Shown in pieces: positions 28,090 to 42,150 of a stretch of DNA of 64,000 nucleotides. Made by a program: the position numbers and the translations under genes. The notes under the pieces are model-generated. The model did no database searches. It was not told the origin of the DNA and saw nothing but the letters and a program-made list of their open reading frames with translations. The DNA comes from Octopus vulgaris (taxonomy: Eukaryota). The first letter of the stretch is position 1. Each line of letters opens with the position of its first letter. The stretch spans positions 124,062,001-124,126,000 of the forward strand of contig OX597820.1 in the NCBI GenBank assembly GCA_951406725.2, written 5' to 3'.

Positions 28090-29270
28090 TCTTTACTCTC
28101 TTACTATCTAAAAGGAGATGCCTCCCATTTTAAGCTAAATTCAATATGACCCACTCCAAAGATTTCAACCAGATATGTGTCATCGTATTGCTTGCAATTC
28201 TAACAACTTCAAGGTAATGGAGACATTCCTTAGAACATGTTTCTTCAAAAAGTTTAATCTCTCTCTCTCTCTCTCCGTCTCTCCTTTCTCAGCGACCACC
28301 ATTGTATCTACTGTGGAATCAGATTCATTGGACATCCGTTCTCTTGCGTCTTTCGCTGTACAGAAATTCACAGTAAGCAGCGTAGCTGCACTTGACATCA
28401 GCAAAACCTTCAACCATATCTGACATGCAAATCCCCCATCAGAATATCGAAACCCACAGGCTTTACCTATCTCTCATCTCATGGATCGGCAGCTTGGTAT
28501 CAGATCACACTAGTGCAATATGAGCTGGCGTGTGTTACTTCTTGTCACTCACAATCAATTGGGTGGTTTTCTAGGATTATTTTTTGTACCCTACTCTCAT
28601 TTATATATCAATAACTTATTGGCTGCTACATCCAACTATGCCCAACCTTACACAGTAACACTCTTCAAACATGCATCATCCATATACAACCCAAGCAAAA
28701 CGTGCAACTTTATCAAAGTACATCCACCCATCACACATTTCCTCTATACATTAACAACGCTAAGCTAGAGCCCTAAAAAGCTGAGTCTCAGTAATACCAG
28801 TAATCTCTACTGGTGAAATCGCATTGATAGACAGCATATTCTCATCATAACTAGAAGTGCATCCAAAAGTGTAGTCCTTCTCTTCAAGGCTAAACAGGGT
28901 TTCGGATCCTGTCAGTTGTTGACACACCACAAATATACTGGAGTCTCATAATAATTGAATATTATTTCTTTATTTATGACGTTATTGCTACTACGGACAC
29001 TAAACATCCAGGATCGCATCCTGAGAAGACTTATTCACGTTCACCTCACAATGACGCCGATCTGCTTGTCCTACAACGCAGAAATTGACCCCAATCCTTT
29101 CTTCCTTAGAAGAGAGCCTAGCCTCAGTGGAATGTTTTTGTTCATGTACTTTATGCTCAGATTCACCTACGACAGTTTTGGCAGAACAATAAGAGAATTA
29201 ACATCTGTAGTCTCGGAAAACTGTCAACAAAGAGTAGTGCAGCCTCTTTTCCTCTTCTCAGGGAGAATGA
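28090..29270 (+). mobile_element. Decayed LINE RT remnant (Jockey/CR1 group)
   Basis: RIACNSNNFKVME and VAALDISKTFNHI*H correspond to the RT motifs RPIsl..KvmE and LDISKAFDxVWH. Confidence 0.65.
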
Positions 29271-31219
29271 AAAAATACAAGAATATTAAAGTCTATGACT
29301 ACTGTCAACATCAAAATAGCATGGAAGAATATTTGGGAAATTCGCTTCGAATTCATATGATCGTGAATCAGATTCTTGGTATTCAGTATTTTGGCATTTA
29401 AAATAGCAATGGGAGAATCCCAAGCTTGTGAAGGAAACTGAGTTGGCGACAATTCAATGGAATAACTTGGGACGAATTGAACCACTAATCTGAACATTCA
29501 GTTTGTCACACTGCGTAATACTTATTTCACATATCCATTATATTAACGCTGCACATGCCTCTAATACGATAATGGAATGAATATATTATTTATTTTGATT
29601 GAATTTTGATCGAACATCTGAACAATTATGATCGAGATCCATTTATTTTATACCCCAAAAGTAACCACCTGCACCGTCGTTGCTACATTGTTTCTTGTCT
29701 CTACAATTTGCGGAGAGGATACGCTTTTGAAGATCAGCATATTTAGATGTCTGCAACATGAAATGGTTTCTTCTGTTTAGAAGGTATGTATTTTATGTAA
29801 TTATATTGAATTTCTTCTGTGACGACGACAGTGCATGTTCCGGTGTATGCTCTGTGTTTCTCTCCATAACAAAACATACAGACATAGGCAAAATCAATAG
29901 GTAGTTAGAATATAGTGTATATTTATCAAAGAAAAATACACGCTCAGTGAACCGAGCATAAAAACTTACTCATAGTAACGTCTTCTCCATTAGACATGCA
30001 TACATTGCCACCTACCCACATACATAAACATCCATATGTATCTATAACCGTATGCATTATGAATGTATAACTACACATACATTACATATACACACACACA
30101 CATATATGTATATATATATATGCGTGTGTGTGTGTGTACATATGTACACACACATACAGACACACGCACGCACATATATTATTCTACCTTGAATAACACG
30201 TTGAGCAAGACATGTTTACTACTTTAGGCCTCGCTGGGTTTAGTGGTTAGGAAGTTAGAATACGTATACAGCTTTAAGGAAGGCAAGCTTTTGAATTATA
30301 TACGCGTTACTCGGACGTTTTGGTTTTTCTGTCATGTGTAATACAACAATTCTCATACAGGCACGCGAGGAAGCAAAGCATACACGATAAGTCATTTTAA
30401 AAAAGAATATGAAAAGGTTATTAATTTATTAGTCTCGATCAAAGTATTTCTTAATGTTTACCATCGTAATTTATATTGATGCGGAGTTTCTCGGTGATCA
30501 GAGTATAGTATGTAACCTAGTATATTTTGAAGGTAGATTGTGATTACTTTCATATTTTATTGTTATTCATATCAGACCGAATTATGACACAAGGTCTCAA
30601 TCACTGAACGCTGCTTCATATTCTTAATACATTAATGGTTAATTCTAGCCGAGAGTGTATTTTAACGAACGCATTACATAAACACGGATATAAGTTCGAA
30701 TACGAAAAAAACATTCTTTTCTCAGTATGATACTTCAAAATGCACTGTATATTTAGGTATACGAAAGTATGTGCTAGGTCAGATATTTGTGTATTATATA
30801 CGCATAACAGTTACAGGTTAGCAACGCGTAACACTTGGATCACATTGGGAAGAACATCATAAAGCAACATACGTTATTTTCACTTGAAAGACATGGATGA
30901 TTGGATAATTTTATTTGGAGCCTTAGGTGAAGTGAAATAAGATAATAGTTATTTTCATAAAACGGATTTCATGTAATTACCGCATGACTAGGAGATACGA
31001 TTAAACAGGAACTTTGCCCCATTCATTTTAAATATATTCTAGAATAAGTGGGAGTGGTGTTATTTTTTATATGATAAAATAGTATTTCGAAATTTTAAGA
31101 TATACAGTATCAAGAAAACTACAGGTATTTCCTCTAATTTTATAATGCGTGGATCATAGAAAATCCATGTACGCTTATTTCAAATATTTCTCTACACACC
31201 GATATATATCGCCGGTTGT

Positions 31220-31257
<38 letters not shown>

Positions 31258-31342
31258 GTGTGTGTGTGCGTGTGTGTGTGTGTGTGCGCGCGCACGTACA
31301 CATACATAGATTGAGAGAGATAAACAGATAGAAAAATAAGTT

Positions 31343-31600
31343 AGAACTAGAGATGTAGTTTACAGCATAAGATGCATAGAAGGTGCTTTTAAATACATGA
31401 ATATGACATACAAAGGGGAGACATCTAGGAGCATTGCGGAACAGTCCTCCGTACTCTACCGACATGGCAACGACCAATATGCAGACTACCTGGCTCTACA
31501 TGACATTCGCATCTTATCCAAGCACCCAAAGGACCCAACACTCAGACAAATACGGGAGTAAATCCGTATAAATGAAACTTCCCCAATAGGAAATATACAT
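31343..31600 (+). pseudogene. Penelope-like element GIY-YIG endonuclease remnant (missed by the ORF track)
   Basis: In frame: RTRDVVYSIRCIEGAFKYMNMTYKGETSRSIAEQSSVLYRH...IRILSKHPKDPTLRQIRE*IRINETSP. Confidence 0.7.
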
Positions 31601-31699
31601 AGTAGATATCATACCCCCATACCTGTAGTTTACACAGTTAGAGTAGAAGAGTTAGTGGTTTTTTATGTAGATAGACGTATTTATGTGTGTGTGGGTGTA

Positions 31700-31740
<41 letters not shown>

Positions 31741-32261
31741 GTGTGTGTGTATGTGCACATGTATGTAAGCATATCGATATGAAAGTAAACAGATCAACAT
31801 ACAGACGGATAGGTACATAGGTTATATGAACAGACAAGCAGACATATATACACAAGCTACTTCACACAAAGACACATATGGAGACACACGTCCACGCATA
31901 TGGTGATGCACATCCATACATAAAAACACGGTACATAGTTGCAAAACACACGCACACATACATAAATATATACATATGAACACACGCATACATGCATACA
32001 CACACATGCATACATACGTCAATGCATGTATAGGCACACACATGCACACAAACAAACAAAAAGGAACGCAATGAAGTAACGGACATAGTCAAAACTATTG
32101 AAAGGGTTGCAAGACGCAACGAAAATTTTAGAAAAATAAAATAATTAAAAATGAAATAAGTGGAAATTTTAGCGGTGAGTGTGTTAAATTTTGTATATGG
32201 CACCTAAAGAGAATGACTCTCCCCAGACACAACAGAATATGTATTTATATCTATCTATCTC

Positions 32262-32338
<77 letters not shown>

Positions 32339-33040
32339 ATATCTATCTATCTAAACATGTATACATACATGTATACATAGGTATACACCAATACACACAC
32401 ATACTTATATAATTATGTCTGAATGTTTGTGCATATTTATGATACGCATATACATACACCCCTATATAATATATGCTTTCGTGAATGGTCTCGTTGTGGG
32501 AGTGATCACGAATGATGAACACATCTAATGCTTTACATCCATAAATTACCTCTATGGATGTTGTCTCCATGATATAATGTTACATCTTATTTTCGTAAGT
32601 AGCTTGATTTGCACAAATAGCTTTATTTGAAAGCCTCAGTTATGTTTTCCTGTTATAATCAGTTTCTATATTAATATTATTAATGTCAAAGATGTTAGAT
32701 AAATCCTGCCTGCTTATTTATAAAACATCGAAAATAAATATTTTATATTTTATCATGAAAGCTCCGTGTAACGAAATTATATAAAGAAAACATCGTAAAT
32801 CTTTCAATTTCTTTGTACAAAAAATCATGAATACGTGCTAATATAAAACAGTCGTCGGACATACACATGATTATCAACATGTATATCAATGCTCTGAAAT
32901 TGGTCGGTTAATTTGCAGATAGCTTCAAAGAAATATTTGTCTGTATAATGTACACAAGTATACATACATTACTAAACATATAAATGCATATACACGCGCA
33001 CGAATACCTATATGTATATATCTAACATATATATATATAG

Positions 33041-33168
33041 AGAGAGTTTACGAAAAAAACAAAAGACGAAGGCAGGTGGTGTACAAAACAAACAGAAGTA
33101 TTAGTATATCGCTCAGGAATAGAAAAAAGTATTTTATGTTTCGAGCCTACGCACTTCTACAGAAAGGT
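33041..33168 (-). repeat. Short microsatellite-associated repeat with hammerhead-like motif; sister copy at 42560-42705
   Basis: Reverse complement aligns with 42578-42704. Confidence 0.8.
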
Positions 33169-33183
33169 AATACACACACACAG

Positions 33184-33222
<39 letters not shown>

Positions 33223-33227
33223 CATAT

Positions 33228-33390
33228 GGGTACAAAATGTCACCAACTGTAAACAAAATGAAATTCGGAAACAAATGATTTCAAAGCGCAAACAGCGAGA
33301 GAAGTAAATGGAAACGAGGACAGGTAAGATAAAGAATGACCCTTCATTACTTCATCATTTGTCGGCCGACAGCTGTTTCTTGGGCCTCGG
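33228..33390 (+). repeat. Short repeat family with gggtac end next to (TA)n; related inverted copy at ~49680-49793
   Basis: gggtacaaaatgtcaccaactgt versus tgttggtaacgtattgtaccc. Confidence 0.45.
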
Positions 33391-33784
33391 AATTGCGTAA
33401 TAGATCTAATGTTTGTAGATGAAGTATGCTAAGTGTCAAGGATATGCAACCAGTCGTAGATGCTTACAAACATTAAAGTAACGCCGGATTCCGTCTTCCG
33501 TATTTGCCAGAATTGAGGAAGTGTTAGATTCACTGGTTGAGACTTTCAGAGCTCTATGTTTGGAATAGACAAAAATGTGATGCGAGTGATAATGCGAGGA
33601 ACACTATCCAAGTCACAGGGGATAACACACCCAAATATGATATCGATCGAATCAATTGATGAGACCGACAGCTACAAGTACCTAGAAACTCCTGCCAAGA
33701 AATGATAGAAGAGTTGAGAAACGAATGTCTCAGGAGAGTGAAACAAGGGTAATTGAGTCGAAAATAAATGGAAGGAAAATCATA

Positions 33785-33793
33785 TAATAATAA

Positions 33794-33824
<31 letters not shown>

Positions 33825-33896
33825 AAAAGAAGAAGAAAAGAAGAACAACAACAACAAAAAACAACAATAACAACAACAACAATAATAATAATAATG

Positions 33897-33936
<40 letters not shown>

Positions 33937-34017
33937 TAATAATAATAATAATTATTATTATTATTATTATTATTTTTACTATTACCATTATCATTATTAT
34001 TTATTATTATTATTATC
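33785..34017. repeat. Compound (AAG)n-(AAC)n-(AAT)n tract switching to (ATT)n
   Basis: Direct inspection; polarity flips near 33950. Confidence 0.95.
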
Positions 34018-34029
34018 ACCATTTTCCTT

Positions 34030-35700
34030 CTGAGAGCTCTCGATTTCACTTGCTCCGGTTAATTCTGTAAGAGCAGACAACTACATATTGGCAAAGGTCT
34101 GCCAAGATCTCTCTCCATGATACTTCACAACCAAGTACCGATCTCAAAACCCTCGCTGGCTCGAAAAGAGCAGTTTGCTCGACATTTTTTCAAACCTCGT
34201 TGTGAGCGATCCCAGTGATCCTGCAACTATTGGGATGACAGTTACTCTCTTCAGTTCCCACATTCATGCATTTCGTATGTTTCTAGCAATTTGTCACTCA
34301 CGCATGCGTTTCCAGGCATCGCAATATGTATGACCTTGGTTTTCTTTCATCCACTAAAAATGTCTTGTCTCCAAGTATCAATCAGAGTCCAAGCATCGAA
34401 CATATTGTAAAATCTCATAAGATCTTATATTCATTATTCACTGTGACATCTGGTTCATGTGCGTACGATTTTCTCTTACTCTCTCCCGCCGGTGGGTACT
34501 TTTCGACAATCAGACGACACGATGTTGCCTTTTCGGGTGGTAAGCATAACAAAATTCTAATTCCAAATTCCATCCTTATATCCTTACTGAATATCTGCAT
34601 TATTGTTGCCAGACCAGTTATTTAACGGTCACTCTTACCAAAGATGTTTACGTCATTCATATATAACAGATGATTTAAGTTTTCAACATTTCTCAAGTTG
34701 TACTGTTATGTCACTTTCCATAAAATCGGTGTGAGTGTTATCATTCATATCACAAACAGCAATGGTGACAATCTTCCTGAAATATGGCTCCCCTGATGTG
34801 AACCGTCACTAAATATTTTCCACATGATGCTAATTCGGTATTCCAGGTCTCCATCGATCTCCTGATGAAATTTAAAATGTTATGAGACACCTGTATCAAT
34901 TCAAGACTTAATAAATCCATGAATGGGGAACCATTTCATAAGCTTTCTTATAACAGATCCAGCCATACCTAGATTAGCATACTCGTTCAGCACTAATTTA
35001 TGTATTAAAATCGATCATTTGTACCCCGGCTATTCTTTCCGCATCCCTTCCGTTCCACTGACAGGTTGTCATTCATTTCAAGGAAGTCATATATACAATT
35101 AGAAATTATTCTTCTCATCAAGTTGCTTATCAAGGGTAGGGCGGAGTCTTGCCGGTAAATTTTCACTACATTACATTTACCGGGGCCTTCTTGACAAAGA
35201 AGTGTTTTAGCAGTGGTAAACCACGTTGGGATTCACACCCCGTAGTTGATTACTCTATCTATTTGACAGCCACTACCTTTGTGCCCCATCCATTCTTTGT
35301 ATATATCTTTTGATATTTGTAGCGTTAGCCTGCAGTTTATATTTCAGCTCTTCAAGGACTACATTTAGTTCCATTTTCCTGATCTTATATCTAAGTCTTC
35401 TTTATATATCTACGTTTTCCCTTCCATGATATTTCTCCTTCCGGATTTCGCCTTGTTTCTTTTATTTCCAGGGTGTGAGTATGTTTTCAAGTTCGTTCTT
35501 TGACTGCGTTATCCCTCTATTCCACCGTGGTACTTTTGCTACATTTCGTTTTTTATCGTTTTGTTCGACGCCTTCGTACCTCCTTCCTCCCTGAATAGCT
35601 AATACAAGCTATAATCTATGTATTTGTTCCAGTTATATTATCTGTTTTAATTTCCTTTAGGATTTTATTCACTTTTTCTGTCCTTACCCTGAGCAAAAGT
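34030..35700 (-). mobile_element. Decayed R4/Dong-clade non-LTR retrotransposon (RT region)
   Basis: Minus strand: WICYKKAYEMVPHSWI (~34970-34920), LSPLLFVI, NHLLYMNDVNIF and FSKDIRMEFGI. Confidence 0.8.
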
Positions 35701-35717
35701 CTATCCAGTTTCCTGGA

Positions 35718-35884
35718 TCTTCTTCTTTTTCTTCTTCTTCTTCTTTTTCTTTTTCTTCTTCTTCTTCTTCTTCTTCTTCTTCTTCTTCTTCTTCTTCTTC
35801 TTCTTCTTCTTCTTCTTCATCTTTTTTCTTCTTGATAATAATGATAATAATAATAATAATAACAATAATAATAATAATAATAAC

Positions 35885-35915
<31 letters not shown>

Positions 35916-35925
35916 ATGATAATAA
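35718..35925. repeat. (CTT)n plus (AAT)n microsatellite
   Basis: Direct inspection. Confidence 0.95.
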
Positions 35926-35959
35926 TTTTATCTTGATGTTTGATGACAAGTCTTTTTAA

Positions 35960-36335
35960 ATCTTAAGAATCTTCATTTGGTTTTGTTTACAGAAGATGGG
36001 ATAGGAAGTCTCTACAGGTTGGCAATGTGAGTTTCAAATTCCAATTATTTTCCGTCTTTCGGATAGCCTTTTGGGCATTGTACCAACAGCAATTGCTACA
36101 GAAATAATTGTTGCCTTGGTCCCCCAAAGTCTCAATTTGTTCAATCTTTGGTTTCTATTCTGCCATCATAGGGAATTACAAAAACCATGATCATACACAG
36201 TTTGTTCCTTTTGTCCTCTATGGCCATATCCGGTCTGCTTGCTCCAATAGTATGGTAATTCTATATGAGGAAATTCCAGAAAGTTTTGCAATTCACTATT
36301 CTATCGTATCCTGTTTCCTGTCCAGACCCATTTCC
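35960..36335 (-). mobile_element. R4/Dong-type restriction-like endonuclease domain remnant
   Basis: Minus strand KTFWNFLI*NYHTIGASRPDMAIEDKRNKLCMIMVFVIPYDGRIETK corresponds to the RLE motif WDF.IQTD...RPD...ID.AVP.D. Confidence 0.7.
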
Positions 36336-36442
36336 CGTTGTTTCGAAACTTTCTCTAAAACATCGTGCAAAAATATAAGTAGCGATCGTGATACATCGAA
36401 AAATTCCTTAGGAATGAGAACCCAGGTTCGAAATTTCCTCAA

Positions 36443-36488
36443 GGCGCCTGATGAAGGCTGGAGGGAATATGAGACGAAACGTTGTGTT
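36443..36488 (+). ncRNA. Degenerate minimal type I hammerhead motif in a short repeat (~36395-36540)
   Basis: ggcgc-CTGATGA-A-ggctggagggaatatgagac-GAAA-cg-tt-gtgtt. Confidence 0.55.
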
Positions 36489-37406
36489 AACAACAAACAA
36501 GATGAGGACAAATATCCGTCTGATGTAAATAATGTAAATTACCTTTCCTTCTTGTACATTCTATGATTTTTATTTGGCCTACAATAATCAGTGTTTTATT
36601 GAGACACTATCTGTAGTGTGCTGCTAGGTAAAGCATACTTAATTGTAAATGAATACTGAAAATTAAAGGGACCCTCATCAGTGTGGTAGATGTATTGTCA
36701 TGAAGACATACTTTGCCACTATTGTTCTCGGGATATTCTTTAGTGTTATCCTTATTACTACTGTTGTGAGCATTAATGATCCCACTGGCAGAACTAATAG
36801 AGAAATGCTACTTGGATGGCTGTGGATTTCTCAAGGGTCGTCCCCCACTTAGAGAGGGTGTAAGAAAATGGCAAGAAAACTATAGTTTAGTCACCGATGA
36901 CCTGCTTTTTGTAATTCAATTTAGTGATTTCAATCATGATGGAAGTAAAAGGTTAGTGTTGCATTCCCGAGGAAATAAGATATCCGAAGCGAACGTATGT
37001 AATGAACGGGTGGAGGAAAACAGATAGAAAGTTAAAAAAGGGTGGTTGAGAGAGAGAAAGAGATGGTACTGGAGAATGAATGCTACGCGGTAGAAGAGTG
37101 CGAGAGTGGTGGAGGGTCCGGATCTGTCACGAGTAAAGGTGATGATTTGTGATGCTCAGACACAGAGGTAAATTGGAAGTCAGATGAACGACGATTTCTG
37201 AGCTTACGTGATTAAAGGGTAGAAAGGGTGAAATAACATCGCTGGGGGTAGTCCAAATATTTGAAAACATTATCTATATACATACAAACATATATATATA
37301 TATATATATATACATACACACACATACATACATATATATATACATACATATATTCCTGATGATTTCATTTGAATGAAACAGTTCTAGTCCTGTAGAAGCT
37401 CCTTCC

Positions 37407-37454
<48 letters not shown>

Positions 37455-37551
37455 TACATACACACACGCATATATATATATATACACATACACACCCCCC
37501 CCCCCCATATATATACAAGACAGTGATCAGTAATGAAATGAGAGAAAGAGG

Positions 37552-37619
<68 letters not shown>

Positions 37620-38131
37620 AAAAAAGAGAGATGAGAGAGAGTGTAAGTATGGCGAATTTTGTAGCTGAATGCGTGAGTACAAATGGAAGTCAGATAGTAA
37701 CAAAGAATAAAAATTCTGACCTTCTTTTGTTGTTGCTGTAATCGGTATTGTGCAGACAAAATATATTGCGATAATTAATTTTGGTGATTCCTAAAATAAA
37801 TTTATTTAACGTCGCCAGCCTGGTGAATTTTGTGGAACATTGTATCAGAATGTCTCACAAGTTTCAAAAAAGTATTATACTAAAAAATATATATATACTG
37901 AGGGATTCGATGCAGCAGTGAAGCAACCATGCATACGTGTAGTTTTACAATTCAATTCCCGGCCAGAGAAGTACTTTTGTCTTACTTTAAGTTAAAATCG
38001 AATTCCAACCAGATACTCCCTTCAAAACAAATTTACCAATTATCAAAAAATAGACGAAATGAATGTTGAAGTGCACTTTTATATAAGCTCCATTACACTG
38101 TAAATCGATTTGATATGTATATATGTATATC

Positions 38132-38217
<86 letters not shown>

Positions 38218-38234
38218 CTATGTGTGTGTGTGTG

Positions 38235-38342
<108 letters not shown>

Positions 38343-39189
38343 AGTAGACATATAGATCCATACATATATGCATTTATGCATATGTATATTTACACATACT
38401 CACATACACACAGATACATATACGTATACTGAAACATATATGTGCGTGTGTGCGTGTGTGTGTGTATGTGTGTGTGTATGTAGAAATATATGCATACAGT
38501 GTTTGACTATGTGTGCATGTTTTTGTGTATGCGAATGTTGTATTTTTATCTTAGCATATTCGAATGTGTCTCGCTTTTATATCAGCAAACATATACGCGT
38601 TGCATTTATCTGAGTCTGTGTTGCTTCGCTGTGTGTGCTCTGATCTTTAAATATCAGTTAAGAAATGATGGTGAACAGCATTGTAGCGTCAAGTACACAT
38701 TAACGAGAAATCTCAGCAGCTGCTGAAGTTCGATCGTTAGAATGCCGCGGGAAATGGTCCATATTGCTTTGAGCTAACCTTACGAGTTCCACACTTCACC
38801 ATACGCTTTTTAAAAAGTTACAGTCAGTCCTACTATTTTATAGATATGAATATTAACATCTATTGAATCAATAATCACTCAATATAAGCGAGACCTCTGA
38901 CTGGGAAATAAATGCGTGTTGGAATGTTTAAAACAATTTTCATTTTCAAAGCAGTAACGTTGGATAATTCCAATAATATATATAGTCCATTTATTTATAT
39001 CGGATTTCTTAGATTTATATCCATTTGATGCAAACCATTTAGAGTGGTTTAGGAATACAAGTACATCTTACAAAATTCTGTGATCATGCGTGCCATATAT
39101 ATCTATATAAAGCATACATCGCTCCTTAGTAAAATATAATTAATTATTATCCCAATGACACGCGCTGGATAGATCCTGGCTTTAATGGT

Positions 39190-39310
39190 ATCGCGAAAGG
39201 TCTGGCTGGAGGCCCAACAGTTCGAGTTCTTTTACAGGACTTAGAAAAACTGAAGAATCGGCGCAACAAATGCATGAATTTGAGAGGGGAGTAAGTTGAA
39301 AGAAGTCATA
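39190..39310 (+). mobile_element. Mariner transposase C-terminal remnant
   Basis: LQDLEKLKNRRNKCMNLRGE*VE corresponds to the mariner C-terminus GI.KL..RW.KC....G.YVE. Confidence 0.6.
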
Positions 39311-39362
39311 TTTCACTGCTTCTCCTGTATTTCTCAACCATACAGACACACACATATGTATG

Positions 39363-39423
<61 letters not shown>

Positions 39424-39864
39424 GTGTATGTATATATATATATATGTATTAAAGAAAGCAAAAAGTAAAACAAAAATGGTAATGTTCAGTAGTTTGGCGA
39501 CAGGAATTTCTGTCAATGAGACAGGGTTACACGGTTGTACATTATCTCCCTCTCTCTCTCACATACACATACTTTTTTCTCTCTTATTAATACCCCCACT
39601 GCCACCATCAACATAACTACTGTTAAGAAAACTTCATCAACACTCCCTAAATTTCTTTGTGTATCTTCCTCCCCATGTCTTTTTCTTTCTTTCTTTCTCT
39701 ATCTATCTATCTGTCTTCGCCACCACTCTCACCGTCTCTATGCCTCATATTACACTCACCCCAACACGAGGATGTGTAATTGAATAGAGAGGGAGTGGGG
39801 TCAAGTGTGACACACTGACACATAAATTAGTTTTCGTATTTATTATATTATATATATTATATTA

Positions 39865-39932
<68 letters not shown>

Positions 39933-39999
39933 CAGTGTACATATGTGTGTGTGTTTATATGTGTGTATGTACGTGTGTTTGTGTGTGTGTGTGTGTGTG

Positions 40000-40300
40000 T
40001 GGCAGGACATGGTTGTTGCTGGCATCAGGATTCGGTTGCTCGTCATGCATCTGGAAGGTGTCAATACGGTTGTCGGAGACTTTCTATGAATGCCCGTGTT
40101 CCAATGTCTGGTCTACTAATCCTCGCGGCTGTAATCTTAATCCCTATGTGTCGGGTGCTCTGCCTGCAATACCAAAGCCCAGCTAGTGGCCAAGACATGG
40201 GTAAATATCACAGGAATACAGTGAGGTACTTATGCGCCATGTTCCTCAGCCGTGTCGAGCCTGTGGAGGAAGCTTGAAGTTGGCTGCTTTGAGCACGTCG
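40000..40300 (+). mobile_element. Decayed maT/DD37D-like transposase C-terminus
   Basis: WHQDSVARH, LSETFY...NVWSTNPRGCNLNPYV and VRYLCAMFLSRVEPVEEA; same type as the element at 19445-20130. Confidence 0.7.
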
Positions 40301-40501
40301 CTATCACTCAGCTGATATTCTTATTCATTAAAAGAAATGCTTTCATGTTTCTATGGGATATAGTTTCCTTTTCCTTTTATGCAAGCAGTCAATTATAACA
40401 CGAACACACTTATACTTGAGAAGGGCATTATGTGAATATTGTTCCTAAATATAAACTTTTAAAAATAAATATACAGTTTATATGAAATCACCGTATTCAC
40501 A

Positions 40502-40690
40502 GACGTAGGAGTGGCTATGTGGTAAGTAGCTTGTTTACGAACCACATGGTTCCGGGTTCAGTCCCACTGCGTGGCCCTTTGAGCAGATGTCTGCTACTAT
40601 AGCCTCGGGTCGACTAAAGGCGATGCACTAGCATGGTCACAATCAGATGACTGAAACAAGTAAAGTAGTAAAATAGTAAAAATAGTAGTA
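40502..40690 (+). mobile_element. Internally deleted SINE, family A
   Basis: Head ggagtggctatgtggtaag...gggttcagtcccactgcg joined at tcgggtcgactaaagg to the tail gactgaaacaagtaaa. Confidence 0.85.
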
Positions 40691-41821
40691 AATAGTACGT
40701 TTATACTGTGTAACTAGCCTAAATGGTATCTATTTATACTTATCGCGACTCAGTGGGTCGCTTTTTTTTGCTTTATTTTTGTGGAGTTTGAAAAGCTTAT
40801 AGTATGATCAAATTTAGAAGTGGAGTAAGATAATTTAGGATACTTTTACTATAAATCTTATTAGAAGTCGTCGGAAAAGAAATGCTTTTGAAGGACTTTC
40901 ACAAAGTTACGGACAACGGAAATAAAATTGTGGCAATACAAAGGTGTGGAACACGATTATATTCCTTTATTTCTTTTTTCCCTTTCTAGCTAAAAGAAAA
41001 TTATAAAATTGTGCTGCATTATGGAGGAGTAGTTCACGAGTGGACTGTTAAGAAATATGTGTGATATATTGAGATTCAGTGCTTAATTACAATTCTAAAG
41101 TGGACAGAGAATTATGTAGGTAATAAAGAGACTCCTTAATTCCCATAATGAATAAACATTTAAACCAAACTATATTATTCAACGATAATATAACCACACC
41201 ACTCGTGACAACGTGTGTAATCATAGTCAAGAATTGTTTATGTTTGAGTTATAGAAGTACCAATTTACACACTCAATATACCAAACTATTACTTTCATAA
41301 TCGCTCATGTCATTATCTATAGACTAATATGCACAACTGATAAAATAAGATGAGTCTCTTTATCATCTTCAGTAACTTAGACGTAGATTTTATTTAAACG
41401 TTAACGGCTTTCATCTTTGTAGACTCTATGTAAAGATTGGCAATTTCATGTCATAATAAGCAACGATACATTGTCATATTCTATCCATTCATAATCACGC
41501 ATACTTAGTTTCCACGGCATCCAGTTATAATAAAGCAGACACTTTCTCCTATTGACTATCTTTTTAGGTATTTATTTATATATATATATATGTATCACTG
41601 TGTATTTATTTATTTTACTAGACATTATATTCGTAATTCTAATAGAGATTCCTTAGCGTTTTGGTTTCATGGATTAATGTATTTGATTAGGCCATAGTGA
41701 CTAAAACAGAGTAGTAACCGAAGAAATCAATGGTGTTATGCGTCCACAAAGTATGAGAAAAAAACTACTTCAAACAACAAATTAAATATAATAGACGCCA
41801 TGTCACACACACACATACACA

Positions 41822-41898
<77 letters not shown>

Positions 41899-42096
41899 GT
41901 CATGCTAGTTTAATTTCTTTCCCATGAAGTCTTCGACACAAGAAATTTTGATTCGCTGTAATGTAAATACATTTCTGTTTTCGATCTGAATCTCAAAGGA
42001 CGTACAAACCTATATATTATAGTTACATATTCGCCTGGGGATCCTCTCCCAGAAAGAATTATTTAATTTTCATTTAATTCTCACTGAAACGCGTAA

Positions 42097-42144
<48 letters not shown>

Positions 42145-42150
42145 TATATA

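Noticed and set aside
36660-36690. Minus-strand CTGATGAgggtccc
   Set aside because: No downstream GAAA core
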